Positions 1 through 9,786 of a stretch of DNA of 64,000 bases are shown one piece after another. The stretch comes from an uncultured Candidatus Binatia bacterium. Lineage in GTDB: Bacteria; Desulfobacterota; Binatia; UBA9968; JAJDTQ01. Each line of letters begins with the position of its first letter. Positions within the stretch are counted from its first letter, which is position 1. The stretch covers positions 992,001-1,056,000 of the forward strand of contig OZ244070.1 of NCBI GenBank assembly GCA_965215605.1, written 5' to 3'. Both the position numbers and the translations under genes were made by a program. The notes beneath the pieces were generated by a model. The model saw only the letters and a program-made list of their open reading frames with translations, did not search any database and had not been told where the DNA came from.

Positions 1-2
1 CC

Positions 3-692
3 GCGGAGCTGGAGGCCCTCGGCATCGAGGTCACCCATGCGCTCGACGGCGTGGGAAGGAACTTCCAGGACCATGCCCACATCCACATGACGTTCGCGGC
101 CGCCAGGGAGTTCGAGGTGGACTGGACCCTGCCGAGGCTGCGGCTCATGGCCCGGAGCACCGCCGGCCTGGACCACGGCGACTTCAGCGTCACCCTGCGG
201 CCGCCCACGAATATCCAGGGCGTCGGCTCCCTGCTGCCCCTCTCCGCGCAACTGCTGGAGCAAGAGGCGCCCGGGCGGATCCGCCTCACCAGCACCGACC
301 CCAGGGACTTCCCGGCCATCGAAACCGGGATGCTGCAGCATCCCGCGGACGCGAAGAAGATGGTCGCCGCCATGGAGTTCGTCCGGGACCTGACCCGGAC
401 ATCACCCATGCGGGAATTCTACGGCGAGTTACGCAACCCCGGCCCGGACGAGGACTGGGCGACCTTCGCCCGCTCGACCTACGACAGCTATCAGCACCCC
501 TGCGGCACCTGCAAGATGGGGCCGGCCGGCGACCCCGCAGCGGTGGTGGACCAGCGATTGCGGGTCCACGGGCTGGACAACCTGTGGGTGGCCGACGCCT
601 CGGTCATGCCCGAGGTGGTACGTGCCAACACCAACTCCACCGTCTACGTCATCGGGGAGCGCCTGGCGGAGTTCCTGAGCAGCGCGGCGTAG
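3..692 (+). CDS. GMC oxidoreductase (choline dehydrogenase-like), C-terminal part, truncated by window start
   Basis: Open frame from base 3 (AELEALGIEV..GVGRNFQDH); HPCGTCKMG, VVDQRLRVHGLDNLWVADASVMP and NTN motifs. Confidence 0.9.
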   Translation, partial: AELEALGIEVTHALDGVGRNFQDHAHIHMTFAAAREFEVDWTLPRLRLMARSTAGLDHGDFSVTLRPPTNIQGVGSLLPLSAQLLEQEAPGRIRLTSTDPRDFPAIETGMLQHPADAKKMVAAMEFVRDLTRTSPMREFYGELRNPGPDEDWATFARSTYDSYQHPCGTCKMGPAGDPAAVVDQRLRVHGLDNLWVADASVMPEVVRANTNSTVYVIGERLAEFLSSAA

Positions 693-1048
693 GAGCCGAG
701 GCGATGAAGGACCGGCTTTGCATGGAGCCCGGCCACTACCCCGAACCCATCAGCCATTCCTGACAGTCGCGGGCACCGGCTGACACTCGCCGGACAGGAT
801 GCCCCGAGATCCTGTTCAACGCGTCTGGCGGTTCGGCAGACCGTGAACACCGCTGGCGGAGACCGTCGACGCCGTCAGAAGCGCTCGACCCTGTCGTGTC
901 TGCCCGCCGCTGGAATCTTCAGCTCAATACAGTAACGAACGGCACCGGGCACACGGCGCAAGGTCAACCTGTGCGTGGTCCGGTGAAGAGGCCTCCCGTT
1001 GCTGGTCGACGGGCCCATGAGGCCACCAACAAAATGGCAAGGGGGTGT

Positions 1049-1086
1049 TTGACAAGATTCATTATTGATAATATATTATCATTATA
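1049..1086 (+). promoter_or_regulatory. Sigma70 promoter overlapped by a Fur/Zur-family operator
   Basis: TTGACA 1049-1054, 17 bp, TATATT 1072-1077; perfect palindrome TGATAATATATTATCA 1066-1081 upstream of a Zn-binding protein gene. Confidence 0.75.
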
Positions 1087-1110
1087 TTTCAAGATCAGGA
1101 GGACCTTGCA

Positions 1111-2103
1111 ATGAAGAGATCGGGTAGCCTGTTTCTCGCCATAGCGGCGGGCTTTTGGATCAGCGTGTTTTCGGCCTTCGCCTGGGCGCAGTCGGTCAAC
1201 GTCGTCACCACCGTGATTCCGGCGGCGTATATCTTCGAGGAGTTGGGAGGAGCGCGAGTCAACGTGACCGCGTTGGTGCCGCCTGGGGCAAGCCCCCATA
1301 TGTTCGAGCCCGTGCCCAGCGACATCCGAAAACTCGCCCGGGCGCGGTACTTCGTCAGCATCGGCGGTGGGTTGGATGTTTGGTCGGAGAAGTTGCTGGC
1401 AGCGGCACCCGAGGGAATCGAGGTCGTGGCGCTGATAGACACGCCGGACCTGAACCTCTTGGAAGCAGCAGAACACCACCACCATCACCACGGCGAAGAG
1501 GAGGCGGCCAGGAAGGATGAGCATCACGGCCATGGTGAAGAGAAGGTCGCCAAGGAGAACGGCGAGGAACACGGGGCATTCGATCCGCACTTCTGGCTGG
1601 ATCCGATCCGTGTCAGGGACGCCGTGGTTCCGGCGGTGACGCAACGGTTGATCGCCGCGGACCCGGCCGGCAAGGACTACTACGAGAAGCGCCGGCACGA
1701 CTTCCACCGGAGGCTGACCGCCTTGGACCAGCGGGTCCGGTCGGAGCTGGCCAAGGCGAAGGTGCGCAAGTACATCGCCTTCCACGACGCCTGGGTCTAC
1801 TTTGCCGAGCGCTACGGGTTGGAGGAGGTGGCGGTGGTCCAGGAATTCGCCGGCGAGGAGCCCACGCCCAAGGAAGTGGCCAAGCTCGTGCAGGACGCCC
1901 GCGCCGAGGGGCTCGGGGCCATGCTGGTGGAGCCGCAACTGAGTCCCCGCGTGGCCCAGACCATTAGCAACGAGTTCGGCGGCCGGACCGTAATGGTCGA
2001 TCCGCTGGGCGATCCCGGCGATGCAGCGCGAGACAGCTACGAGAAGCTGCTGCAGTTCAACGCCCGCAGCTTCGGAAAGGCGCTGCAAAGCAGCATGAAT
2101 TGA
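1111..2103 (+). CDS. Zn/Mn ABC substrate-binding protein (ZnuA/AztC family) with His-rich loop
   Basis: Signal peptide, SPH..EP, DPHFWLDP and FHDAW motifs, HHHHHH loop, AGGAGG RBS. Confidence 0.92.
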   Translation: MKRSGSLFLAIAAGFWISVFSAFAWAQSVNVVTTVIPAAYIFEELGGARVNVTALVPPGASPHMFEPVPSDIRKLARARYFVSIGGGLDVWSEKLLAAAPEGIEVVALIDTPDLNLLEAAEHHHHHHGEEEAARKDEHHGHGEEKVAKENGEEHGAFDPHFWLDPIRVRDAVVPAVTQRLIAADPAGKDYYEKRRHDFHRRLTALDQRVRSELAKAKVRKYIAFHDAWVYFAERYGLEEVAVVQEFAGEEPTPKEVAKLVQDARAEGLGAMLVEPQLSPRVAQTISNEFGGRTVMVDPLGDPGDAARDSYEKLLQFNARSFGKALQSSMN

Positions 2104-2120
2104 CCGACAGGCCCGCGGGC

Positions 2121-2160
2121 TTGACAACCGTCATAAAATAATAACAAGTTATCATTATCA
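2121..2160 (+). promoter_or_regulatory. Second Fur/Zur-family promoter/operator
   Basis: TTGACAA..TCAT..ATAA..TTATCATTAT, same layout as 1049-1086; AT-rich patch; -10 box not clear. Confidence 0.65.
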
Positions 2161-2191
2161 ATATAACTGCGTGAAAGGAGCGCATGTACCA

Positions 2192-3439
2192 ATGAGAATC
2201 AAGAAGCTGAAGCTACTCGTAACCCTAGCTGCCTCGGTGGCTTTGTTGTTCGCCGTCCACACGGCCACCGCGAGCCCAACTTCCGTTGCGGGCCGCCTGC
2301 TGGTGGGCGACGGCGAGACCGGCATGTTGTCGATCATCGACCTGAAAAAGGGCGATGTGAAGCAGGACGCCTTCGACATGGGGTCCCCGGCCGGCCGCAT
2401 CTACGCCACCAAGAGCAAGCGCTATGCCCTCGCGGTCTCCACCGACGCCAACACCGTGCACGTCTTCGACGGCGGTATCTACCGGGAACGCCATGGCGAC
2501 CATTTCGACCAGGTGACCGGACCGGTCAAGCGGATCGATATGGACCTGACCGGCGAACGCCCGGTGCACTTGTATGTCAGTGGCAAGTGGTCCGCCATAT
2601 TCTACGACGGAACCGGCGACGTGGTGCTGCTCAACGAGGACGAACTTGGGAAGAAGCGAGCCAACTACAAACCGCCCAAGCTCAACGCGGGCGCCCACCA
2701 CGGCGGGGCGGTGCCATTGGCACATGACCTGTTCGCAGTCACCATCCCGCACCCGGACTTTGCCGCCAATCCCAAGGACTACCGTCTCCCCATCGGCGCC
2801 GAAATCGTCGACCTGTCGGGGAAGGTGCTGCATCGCCAGGAGGGCTGCAAGGATCTGCACGGCGACGCCGGAAACGGCCATGTGGCGGCCTTCGCGTGCA
2901 GGGGCGGCGTCCTCACCGTGGAAGCTGACCATGGCAAGTACAAGGGGAGGTTCATCCCGTTTCCGGAGGGTGTATCCAAGGATCTCCGCCTGACCGCGAT
3001 CTGGGGTTACACCGGTCTGGATCACTTCTTCCCTCTCGGTTCCGCCGTTGGCGTGTACGCCGTGGATGCCAAGAAGGGCGTCATGAAGCAGTTGGTCTCC
3101 GCTTCGGACGCCGCAAAGCCCATCAACGGCGCCGTAAGCCACGACGGCAAGGCACTGCTGGTCGTGATGAGCGACGGCGAGTTGCGGAAGTACGACACCC
3201 GCAAGCTCGACCTGTTGGCCTCGGCGCGCGATTTCCTGGGTAGCCCCGTAGAGACGGGCTTCTGGGCGCGCCCCCATGTCACCACCATTCCCGGGGCCGT
3301 CTTCATCACCGACTCCGTGGGCGGCCAAGTGCTGCAACTGGACGACCAGAACCTCAAGGTCGTCCAAAGCTGGAAGATCGCCGGCAAGCCGACCAAGGTG
3401 GCCTTCGTGGGCATCTTGAAAAAGACCGCGGGCCACTAG
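2192..3439 (+). CDS. AztD-like secreted beta-propeller zinc metallochaperone
   Basis: Signal peptide; HGDH, HHG, LHG His motifs; propeller-type repeats; adjacent to Zn SBP. Confidence 0.8.
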   Translation: MRIKKLKLLVTLAASVALLFAVHTATASPTSVAGRLLVGDGETGMLSIIDLKKGDVKQDAFDMGSPAGRIYATKSKRYALAVSTDANTVHVFDGGIYRERHGDHFDQVTGPVKRIDMDLTGERPVHLYVSGKWSAIFYDGTGDVVLLNEDELGKKRANYKPPKLNAGAHHGGAVPLAHDLFAVTIPHPDFAANPKDYRLPIGAEIVDLSGKVLHRQEGCKDLHGDAGNGHVAAFACRGGVLTVEADHGKYKGRFIPFPEGVSKDLRLTAIWGYTGLDHFFPLGSAVGVYAVDAKKGVMKQLVSASDAAKPINGAVSHDGKALLVVMSDGELRKYDTRKLDLLASARDFLGSPVETGFWARPHVTTIPGAVFITDSVGGQVLQLDDQNLKVVQSWKIAGKPTKVAFVGILKKTAGH

Positions 3440-3456
3440 ATCCAGCGCCTCCCCTT

Positions 3457-3513
3457 GACCCCCGGACCCGGCGCGGCGCTTCCCTGTGCGTTGCCCGCGT
3501 CGGGTCCGGGTCC
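3457..3513. terminator. GC-rich hairpin between convergent genes
   Basis: CCGGACCCGGCGCGG ... CCGCGTCGGGTCCGG inverted repeat; no clear U tract. Confidence 0.45.
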
Positions 3514-4329
3514 CTACTGTTCGACAAGATCCAGCAGAACCCCGTCCGGGTCTGCCATGGCGTACTGGCCGATGGCGCAGCCTTCCAGGTCCGCGCGGGT
3601 CATGGCGCCGAAACGGCCCGCGTCCAGGTTGGCGGGCGCCGATTCGGGGGCGGCGTCGCTCAGCTCCCCGATTTCCTTGCGCGTACGCTCCAGGTCTTCC
3701 ACCACGAAACCGATGTGGTCGAGTCCCTCTCGCATGCCGCGGTAGAGGGAGTTGTCGCAGGGACGCACCAGCAACTGCACCTTGCCGTCGGTGACGCGGA
3801 AGCTGCCGTCGGGACCGGGTGTCTCGCCGACGTCGAGCTCGAAGACCTTGTGGTAGAACTCCGCCACCCGTTCCGGCTGCTTCGAGCGGATGGAGATGTG
3901 GCTGACCTGGCGCGGCTGGTCCCAGCCGTCTTCCAGATAACCTTCACGGACCTTGGCCACGCCTTTTTGCGAGATATCGTACTGCGTACCGCAGGGGTCG
4001 GTGCCGCGCGAAACCGAGAACGGCACGTGGGGCAGGCTCTTGGCCACCAGCAGTTCCGGATAGTCGTTGCGCATCCGTTCCAGCACCAACGGTATCTCCT
4101 CCACCTCGAATCCGAAGTGGTCCAGTCCGGACTGGTTCCCCGGGTGCTTCTGCAGCATCGCGAAGCCGATGACGCCGTCGCTGATGTGGCCGCGGTTGGG
4201 GTTGTAGTTCCCCTTCTCGTCGGTCATCCCGGTGGTGATCTTCTTCATGCCGAAGATGGTCTGGTAGAACCGGGCCATCCGGTCCCAGTTCTCCGTATTG
4301 AGGGCGATATGCCGGATCCGCGTCTTCAT
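3514..4329 (-). CDS. Tandem two-domain VOC/glyoxalase-family protein
   Basis: RIRHIAL / QVSHISI and GLDHFGF / GLDHIGF repeated; GGAGG RBS before ATG 4329. Confidence 0.85.
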   Translation of the reverse strand: MKTRIRHIALNTENWDRMARFYQTIFGMKKITTGMTDEKGNYNPNRGHISDGVIGFAMLQKHPGNQSGLDHFGFEVEEIPLVLERMRNDYPELLVAKSLPHVPFSVSRGTDPCGTQYDISQKGVAKVREGYLEDGWDQPRQVSHISIRSKQPERVAEFYHKVFELDVGETPGPDGSFRVTDGKVQLLVRPCDNSLYRGMREGLDHIGFVVEDLERTRKEIGELSDAAPESAPANLDAGRFGAMTRADLEGCAIGQYAMADPDGVLLDLVEQ

Positions 4330-4486
4330 GCTCAACCTCCGTGAAGGTGCCTGTCGAACGTTGGGAGTCAACCTTATCACAACCCTGCCGGAGTTGGCGC
4401 GCCCTGTCCCACTCCTCGTGCGTTGTGGTATAAGGCAGCAACGCCGCAACCCGGCGGCAACACTACCAAGGAGCTAAGGAGTTTGC

Positions 4487-5374
4487 ATGAAGATTTGCAC
4501 GTATGACGCGAGGCAGGCGGGGGCGGTGGTGGACGGCAAGGTCTATCCCATCGGGGCGGCAATGGTCGCCGCCGGGATCCTGAAGGCCGACTACACCATG
4601 GTCCAGGTCATCGAGGCGATGACCGGCAACCCGTACGCCCAGCCCTGCGTCGATGAATGCATACGGTCCGGCGACTCGGTGCCGCTGGACCAGGTCACCC
4701 TGCGGGCGCCCGTGGACAATCCCACCTCGCTGTGGGCCGCCGCCGCCAACTACATGGACCACCGCAAGGAGATGGAGACGCGCATGGGCGGCGGCCACCA
4801 GGAGCTGCCGGACAAGGACGACCACATGTCCCAGGACTTCCTGAAGCCGGTGTCGTCCATCATCGGCCCGGGCGGCACCGTGATCATCCCCAAGATCTCC
4901 CACGACGTGGACTTCGAGTGCGAGCTGTGCGTGGTCATCGGCAAGACGGCCCGGAAGGTGACCGAAGAAGAAGCGCTGGACTATGTCTTCGGCTACACCA
5001 TCTGCTGGGACATCAGCCAGCGGGACCCCTGGGGCCGGGGCAAGCAGAACACCCGCAACATCCGCAAGGGGTTCGACACTTTCAGTCCGCAGGGGCCGTG
5101 GATCGTCACCAGGGACGAGGTCCCCGAGCCGCAGGACCTCTACCTCAGGGCCTGGCACAACGGCGAGCAGGTGATGACCTCCCACACCAGCAACATGATC
5201 TGCGGGGTGCGGGACCACATCCGCTTCCTCTCCAGCGTCGTGACCCTCAGGCCCGGCGACCTCATCACCACCGGAACGCCAGCCGGAGTCCACACGCTGC
5301 TGGACGGCGACAAGCTTCGGGGCGAGATCGAGAAGATCGGCGTGATGGAACTGAACGTAAAGGCGGAGGCCTGA
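4487..5374 (+). CDS. Fumarylacetoacetate hydrolase family protein
   Basis: FLKP..S, DFECEL, DISQRD, KGFDTF, GDLITTGTPAGV. Confidence 0.93.
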   Translation: MKICTYDARQAGAVVDGKVYPIGAAMVAAGILKADYTMVQVIEAMTGNPYAQPCVDECIRSGDSVPLDQVTLRAPVDNPTSLWAAAANYMDHRKEMETRMGGGHQELPDKDDHMSQDFLKPVSSIIGPGGTVIIPKISHDVDFECELCVVIGKTARKVTEEEALDYVFGYTICWDISQRDPWGRGKQNTRNIRKGFDTFSPQGPWIVTRDEVPEPQDLYLRAWHNGEQVMTSHTSNMICGVRDHIRFLSSVVTLRPGDLITTGTPAGVHTLLDGDKLRGEIEKIGVMELNVKAEA

Positions 5375-5448
5375 GGGGCCACGGGTGATCGTGGTCGCGG
5401 CGACATCGACGCTTCCGAAACAACGACTCGCGGCACGGGGAGAAACTG

Positions 5449-6432
5449 ATGATGCAATCAATCATACGCGCAGCGACGATCCTTTTGACCCTGTTGGCGG
5501 CAATCGCCATGGCGGCGCCGGCCCAGGCGGACTTCCCCGAAAGGAATCTCAACTGGATCGTGCAGTTCCCGCCGGGCGGCGGCTATGACGCCATGAGCCG
5601 CGCCCTGGCGCGCAGCATCAACAAGCAATTGCCCAAGGGCACCAGCGTTATCGTGAAGAACGTGACCGGCGCCGGCGGGCGGCGCGGCGCCGTGAGCCTC
5701 TACCGGGCGAAGCCCGACGGCTACACGGTGGGCGTGCTCGACATGCTGGGCCTGGTGACGGCGCAGATCCAGGCGGGCGCCGGGAAGACTCTCTACGACC
5801 TTGAGAAGCTCGAGTACATCGCGCGCATGGGCAACGAGCCCTACACCATCTTCGTCAGCGGAAAATCGCCCCACAAGACTCTGGACGACCTCAAGAAAGC
5901 CGGCCGCCTGACCTGGGGGTCGGAGGGCATCGGCTCCGGACGCTGGCTGCCCAGCTTCCTCGCGGCCCGGGCCTTGGGCCTCAAGTTCGAGCTGGTGACG
6001 GGCTACCGCGGCACCGGCGACAGTGTCCCCGGGCTGATGCGCGGCGATTTCATCACTTGGCTCAATCCCAGTGAACACTCCACCGTCGGGCCTTTGGCCC
6101 GGGACGGGAGCCTTCGCTGCATCGTCCATCTCGGGTCCAAGCGCTCATGGGCGTGCCCGGACACGCCCACGGCCAAGGAGTCGGGCATCGACCACGTCAA
6201 CGAGATCGTCCGGCTCATAGCCATCCCTCCGGGCGTGCCGCGGGACCGGGCCAGGAAGCTGGAAGAGATCGTGGTCAAGGCCATGGACGACCCGGATTAC
6301 AGGGACTGGGCCAAGTCCAGCGGCACCGCCATCAACCCGGGCGACGCGGCCGCTGCGCGCGCGACGTACGACAACCTCAAGGGGATGGTGAACCGGGAGG
6401 CGGACGCCATCCGCAAGGCGCTCGAGAAGTAA
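5449..6432 (+). CDS. Tripartite tricarboxylate transporter substrate-binding protein (TctC/Bug)
   Basis: Signal peptide, FPPGGGYD, NVTGAGG, AKPDGYT. Confidence 0.9.
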   Translation: MMQSIIRAATILLTLLAAIAMAAPAQADFPERNLNWIVQFPPGGGYDAMSRALARSINKQLPKGTSVIVKNVTGAGGRRGAVSLYRAKPDGYTVGVLDMLGLVTAQIQAGAGKTLYDLEKLEYIARMGNEPYTIFVSGKSPHKTLDDLKKAGRLTWGSEGIGSGRWLPSFLAARALGLKFELVTGYRGTGDSVPGLMRGDFITWLNPSEHSTVGPLARDGSLRCIVHLGSKRSWACPDTPTAKESGIDHVNEIVRLIAIPPGVPRDRARKLEEIVVKAMDDPDYRDWAKSSGTAINPGDAAAARATYDNLKGMVNREADAIRKALEK

Positions 6433-6494
6433 CGAAGCCGCTCACGCGGGCAAGCGCCCGCGCCGGCGGTGCACGGGCAACGAACGGAGGTTCC

Positions 6495-7622
6495 ATGCCG
6501 GGAGTCATCGACGCGGACACGCACATATCCGAGTCGGAGGGGATGTGGGAGTTCATGGAGCCTTCCATGCATCCCCGCCGGCCGGTGATGACCGAGGTGC
6601 CGGACGATACGCTCTACGCGGACATCAACGTCCTGTGGCTGATCGACGGGAACCTCTTTCCCAAGCCCGCCGGCAGGGGCGGCTTCCGGCTGGTGACGCC
6701 TTCACGCTCCAAGGGCCAGGTCCGGCGCAAGGACGTGCTCACCGCGTGCCGGGAGATCACCGACGTGCCGGCGCGGCTGGCGGACATGGACAAGCTGGGC
6801 GTGGACGTGCAGGTCATCTACCCGACCCTGTTCCTGGTCTACCTCACCGACGACCCGGAGTTGGAGGCCGCGTTGTGCCGGGCCTACAACGACTGGATGA
6901 CCGACGTGTGGTCGAAGTCCGGAGGGCGGCTCCGCTGGGTGGTGGTGCCGCCGCTGCATTCCATGGAGGCCTCCCTGGAGGAGATGCGGAAGGGCAAGGC
7001 CAACGGCGCGGTGGGGGTCACGCTCCGCGGCCTGGAGAGCGACCGCAGCATCGCCGAACCCTATTTCTTTCCCCTCTACGAGGAGGCCGAGAAGCTCGAC
7101 CTGCCCATCTGCATCCACACCGGGTCCGGCTCCCGCACGCTGCTCAACCTGTTCGACCTGGCCGTGAGCTCGGTGTTCGCCAACCAGGTGGTGCTGCCCC
7201 TGTTCGCGTTCCGGGACATCGTCGCCAACCACCTGCCGGCCCGCTATCCCGGCCTGCGGTTCGGCTTCATCGAGGCCAAGGCGAGTTGGATCCCCTATCT
7301 GCTGCATCTGCTCCGGCGGGAATCCCGGGCCGCGGTGGCCGGCGGCCGCAACGCGATCCAGCGCCCCCGGTGGAAGCACGAGACCAACGTGGAGATGTTC
7401 CGCGACTACCGTATCTACGTGGCCTGCGAGGCGGACGAGGACCTGCCCTACCTGCTCAACTACACCGGCGAGGACAACCTCCTCATCGGCTCGGACTACG
7501 GCCACACGGACCCCGCCCACGAGCCGCGCATGGTGGACGTGATGCGGGCGCGCGATGACGTCCCCGCCCGTGTCATCGAGAAGATCCTGGCGGACAATCC
7601 CAGGCAGTTCTACGGCCTCTGA
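6495..7622 (+). CDS. Amidohydrolase_2 family metal-dependent hydrolase/decarboxylase
   Basis: IDADTH, PICIHTG, FIEA, GSDYGH motifs; GGAGG RBS. Confidence 0.9.
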   Translation: MPGVIDADTHISESEGMWEFMEPSMHPRRPVMTEVPDDTLYADINVLWLIDGNLFPKPAGRGGFRLVTPSRSKGQVRRKDVLTACREITDVPARLADMDKLGVDVQVIYPTLFLVYLTDDPELEAALCRAYNDWMTDVWSKSGGRLRWVVVPPLHSMEASLEEMRKGKANGAVGVTLRGLESDRSIAEPYFFPLYEEAEKLDLPICIHTGSGSRTLLNLFDLAVSSVFANQVVLPLFAFRDIVANHLPARYPGLRFGFIEAKASWIPYLLHLLRRESRAAVAGGRNAIQRPRWKHETNVEMFRDYRIYVACEADEDLPYLLNYTGEDNLLIGSDYGHTDPAHEPRMVDVMRARDDVPARVIEKILADNPRQFYGL

Positions 7623-7677
7623 CGGACGGTCCCACGGACGGAACCGGCGGCGTCATCCAGCAGGATCGAGCCCAAGC

Positions 7678-8785
7678 TCAAAATCTGTAGAAGGCCAGGC
7701 CGTTCTCGCGCAGGATCTTCTGCTTGACCGCGTCGGAGATGTCGGCGCGCTCCCGGAGTTCCTCGATACCGGTCTCGCGGGCCTCGGCATGTGGGATATC
7801 GCCCTCGATGAGAATCTGGTCCTCTCCCACCAGGTCGATGACCTGGGGCAGGAAAGGCTCCTCCGCCTCACAGGTCACGTACACCCGCCCTTCCTTGAGA
7901 TACTCGCTGGGCGGCTTGTTCGAGCGGTTCCCCAGCATCGCCACCACCGGATGGTAGTGGTCCATGCGCCCGACCATGTAGGGTATCCATTCGGAGCCCG
8001 CCTCCAGAAAGGCCACCCGCAGCTTCGGAAAGCGGTCGAGCACGCCGCCGCCCAGGATGCTGAAAAAGCCCATGAACACCGGCAGCGTGAAGCTGAGGAT
8101 CAAGGATGCGTAGGGGTCCTCGCAGGTCTGGGTGAGTCCCGGGGCGCTCCAGCCTGTGTGGATGCACACCGGAAGGTCCACGTCGCAGGCCGCCGCGTAG
8201 AACGGCGACAGGTCCGGGTGGTGCAGCAACCGTTGTCCCGCGGTGCCGCCGATCATGAGCCCCACGGCGCCCATCTCCCGGGCGCGATGCACTTCGGCCA
8301 CGCAGGCGTCACGGTCCTGCATGGGGATGACCGCCGCCCACTTCAGGCGGTCCGGCCGCTCGCCGCACCGTTGCGCAATCCAGGTATTGTAGCTCCGCAT
8401 CAAGGCCGCCTCGAACCTCGCGTCTTCCGTGAGCCGGTGGAAGAGAATGGACGAATAGATCACCTGAATGTCGATGCCGAAGGCGTCCAGGTCCTTGATG
8501 CGGGCGTCGATGTCGGTCATGCCCTGGCTGCCGATGTTGAATATCTTGTCCCGGGCGAACTTCATCTCCAGGGGGGTGCCGCTGAACGTCGTGCCCGCCC
8601 CCCCACAACCGCGGATGGATCTGGCCGTCGATGAGCCACCACGCGTCGATGTGCGCGTGGGTGGCCAGGCCCTCGCCCTGCACCACCAGCGGCCTTCTGT
8701 CACGAAACTCCGGTTCCAGGTGGTCCCACGTCTCCGGGACCTCCATCACGTGCGAATCCGCGTCGACGACATCAATGGTTTTCAT
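7678..8785 (-). pseudogene. Amidohydrolase_2 family paralog split by a frameshift in a G7 run (8598-8604)
   Basis: N-terminus (VDADSH..PRLWG) in ORF 8309-8785; remainder (AGTTF..IHTG..FLEAG..EGDIPH) in ORF 7678-8703; removing one G joins them. Confidence 0.8.
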
Positions 8786-9147
8786 CGGCTCTCCTCACCG
8801 TTCCAGCCGCCGGCCCCTGCCGGCCGCCCTCGCTTTGGCCCGGACTATGGGACCATCCGTCCCCTCTTGTCAACGCCCGTGTCGCCCGGTCCTCCCACCA
8901 CCCCGGCCCGCCGGGGTTTCCCTTCCAAGATGAGCGCAATGGCTCACGGGTTTTCGCAATAACGCTGTCGTCCACGATGGAGGAACGTCTCTATCCCGGC
9001 GCCTTTGTTTCCCGCCCGACGAGGTAGTATACCCCTTGACGGCGGACAGACGGGAACGACCGGGCTTCCCGCGCCGATCCGGAACGCGGGAGGGGACCGG
9101 CCGGGGAATCCGCGACGGCAACGACACCCGCCGGCATCGGAGGACTC

Positions 9148-9786
9148 ATGAAACTCTACGGCTACTTCAGAAGCTCCGCGTCCTACCGGGTGCGAATCGC
9201 GCTCTCCCTCAAGGGCTTGGCCTACGATCTCCAGCCGGTCCATCTGCGTCGGGACGAGCAGCGGGCGCCGGCGTTTCTGGAACGCAACCCCCAGGGCCTG
9301 GTCCCGGCCCTCGAGGACGGCGGCACGGTGCTTGCTCAATCCCTGGCCATCATCGAGTACCTGGAGGAAACGGTTCCGGAGCCGCCCCTTCTGCCCGCGG
9401 CTCCGGCGGACCGGGCGTGGGTACGGGCGCTGGCCCAGATCGTCGCCTGCGACATCCATCCGATCAACAACCTCCGGGTCTTGCAGTACCTGGAAAAGGA
9501 GCTCGCCCTCGACGACGAAGCCAGAGCCGCGTGGGCGCGGCGCTGGATCGACGAGGGCTTCACGGCCATGGAGGCCATGCTCGAAAACGATACGCGCCCG
9601 GGCGACCATTGCTTCGGGAACCAACCGACCCTGGCGGACATCTGCCTCGTGCCGCAGATCTTCAATTCACGCCGTGTGGGCGTCGACCTCTCGCGTTATC
9701 CGACCCTGGCCCGGATCCACGAAAACTGCATGCGGAATCCCGCGTTCGCGGACCAGGCTCCGGAACGGCAACCCGACGCCGAATGA
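9148..9786 (+). CDS. maiA: Maleylacetoacetate/maleylpyruvate isomerase (GST zeta)
   Basis: YFRSSASYRVRIAL, NPQGLVP, DIHPINNLRVL, PERQPD. Confidence 0.93.
   Translation: MKLYGYFRSSASYRVRIALSLKGLAYDLQPVHLRRDEQRAPAFLERNPQGLVPALEDGGTVLAQSLAIIEYLEETVPEPPLLPAAPADRAWVRALAQIVACDIHPINNLRVLQYLEKELALDDEARAAWARRWIDEGFTAMEAMLENDTRPGDHCFGNQPTLADICLVPQIFNSRRVGVDLSRYPTLARIHENCMRNPAFADQAPERQPDAE

Noticed and set aside
1470-1575. CAC/GAG-rich low-complexity tract as a DNA repeat
   Set aside because: It encodes the normal His/Glu-rich loop of ZnuA-type proteins
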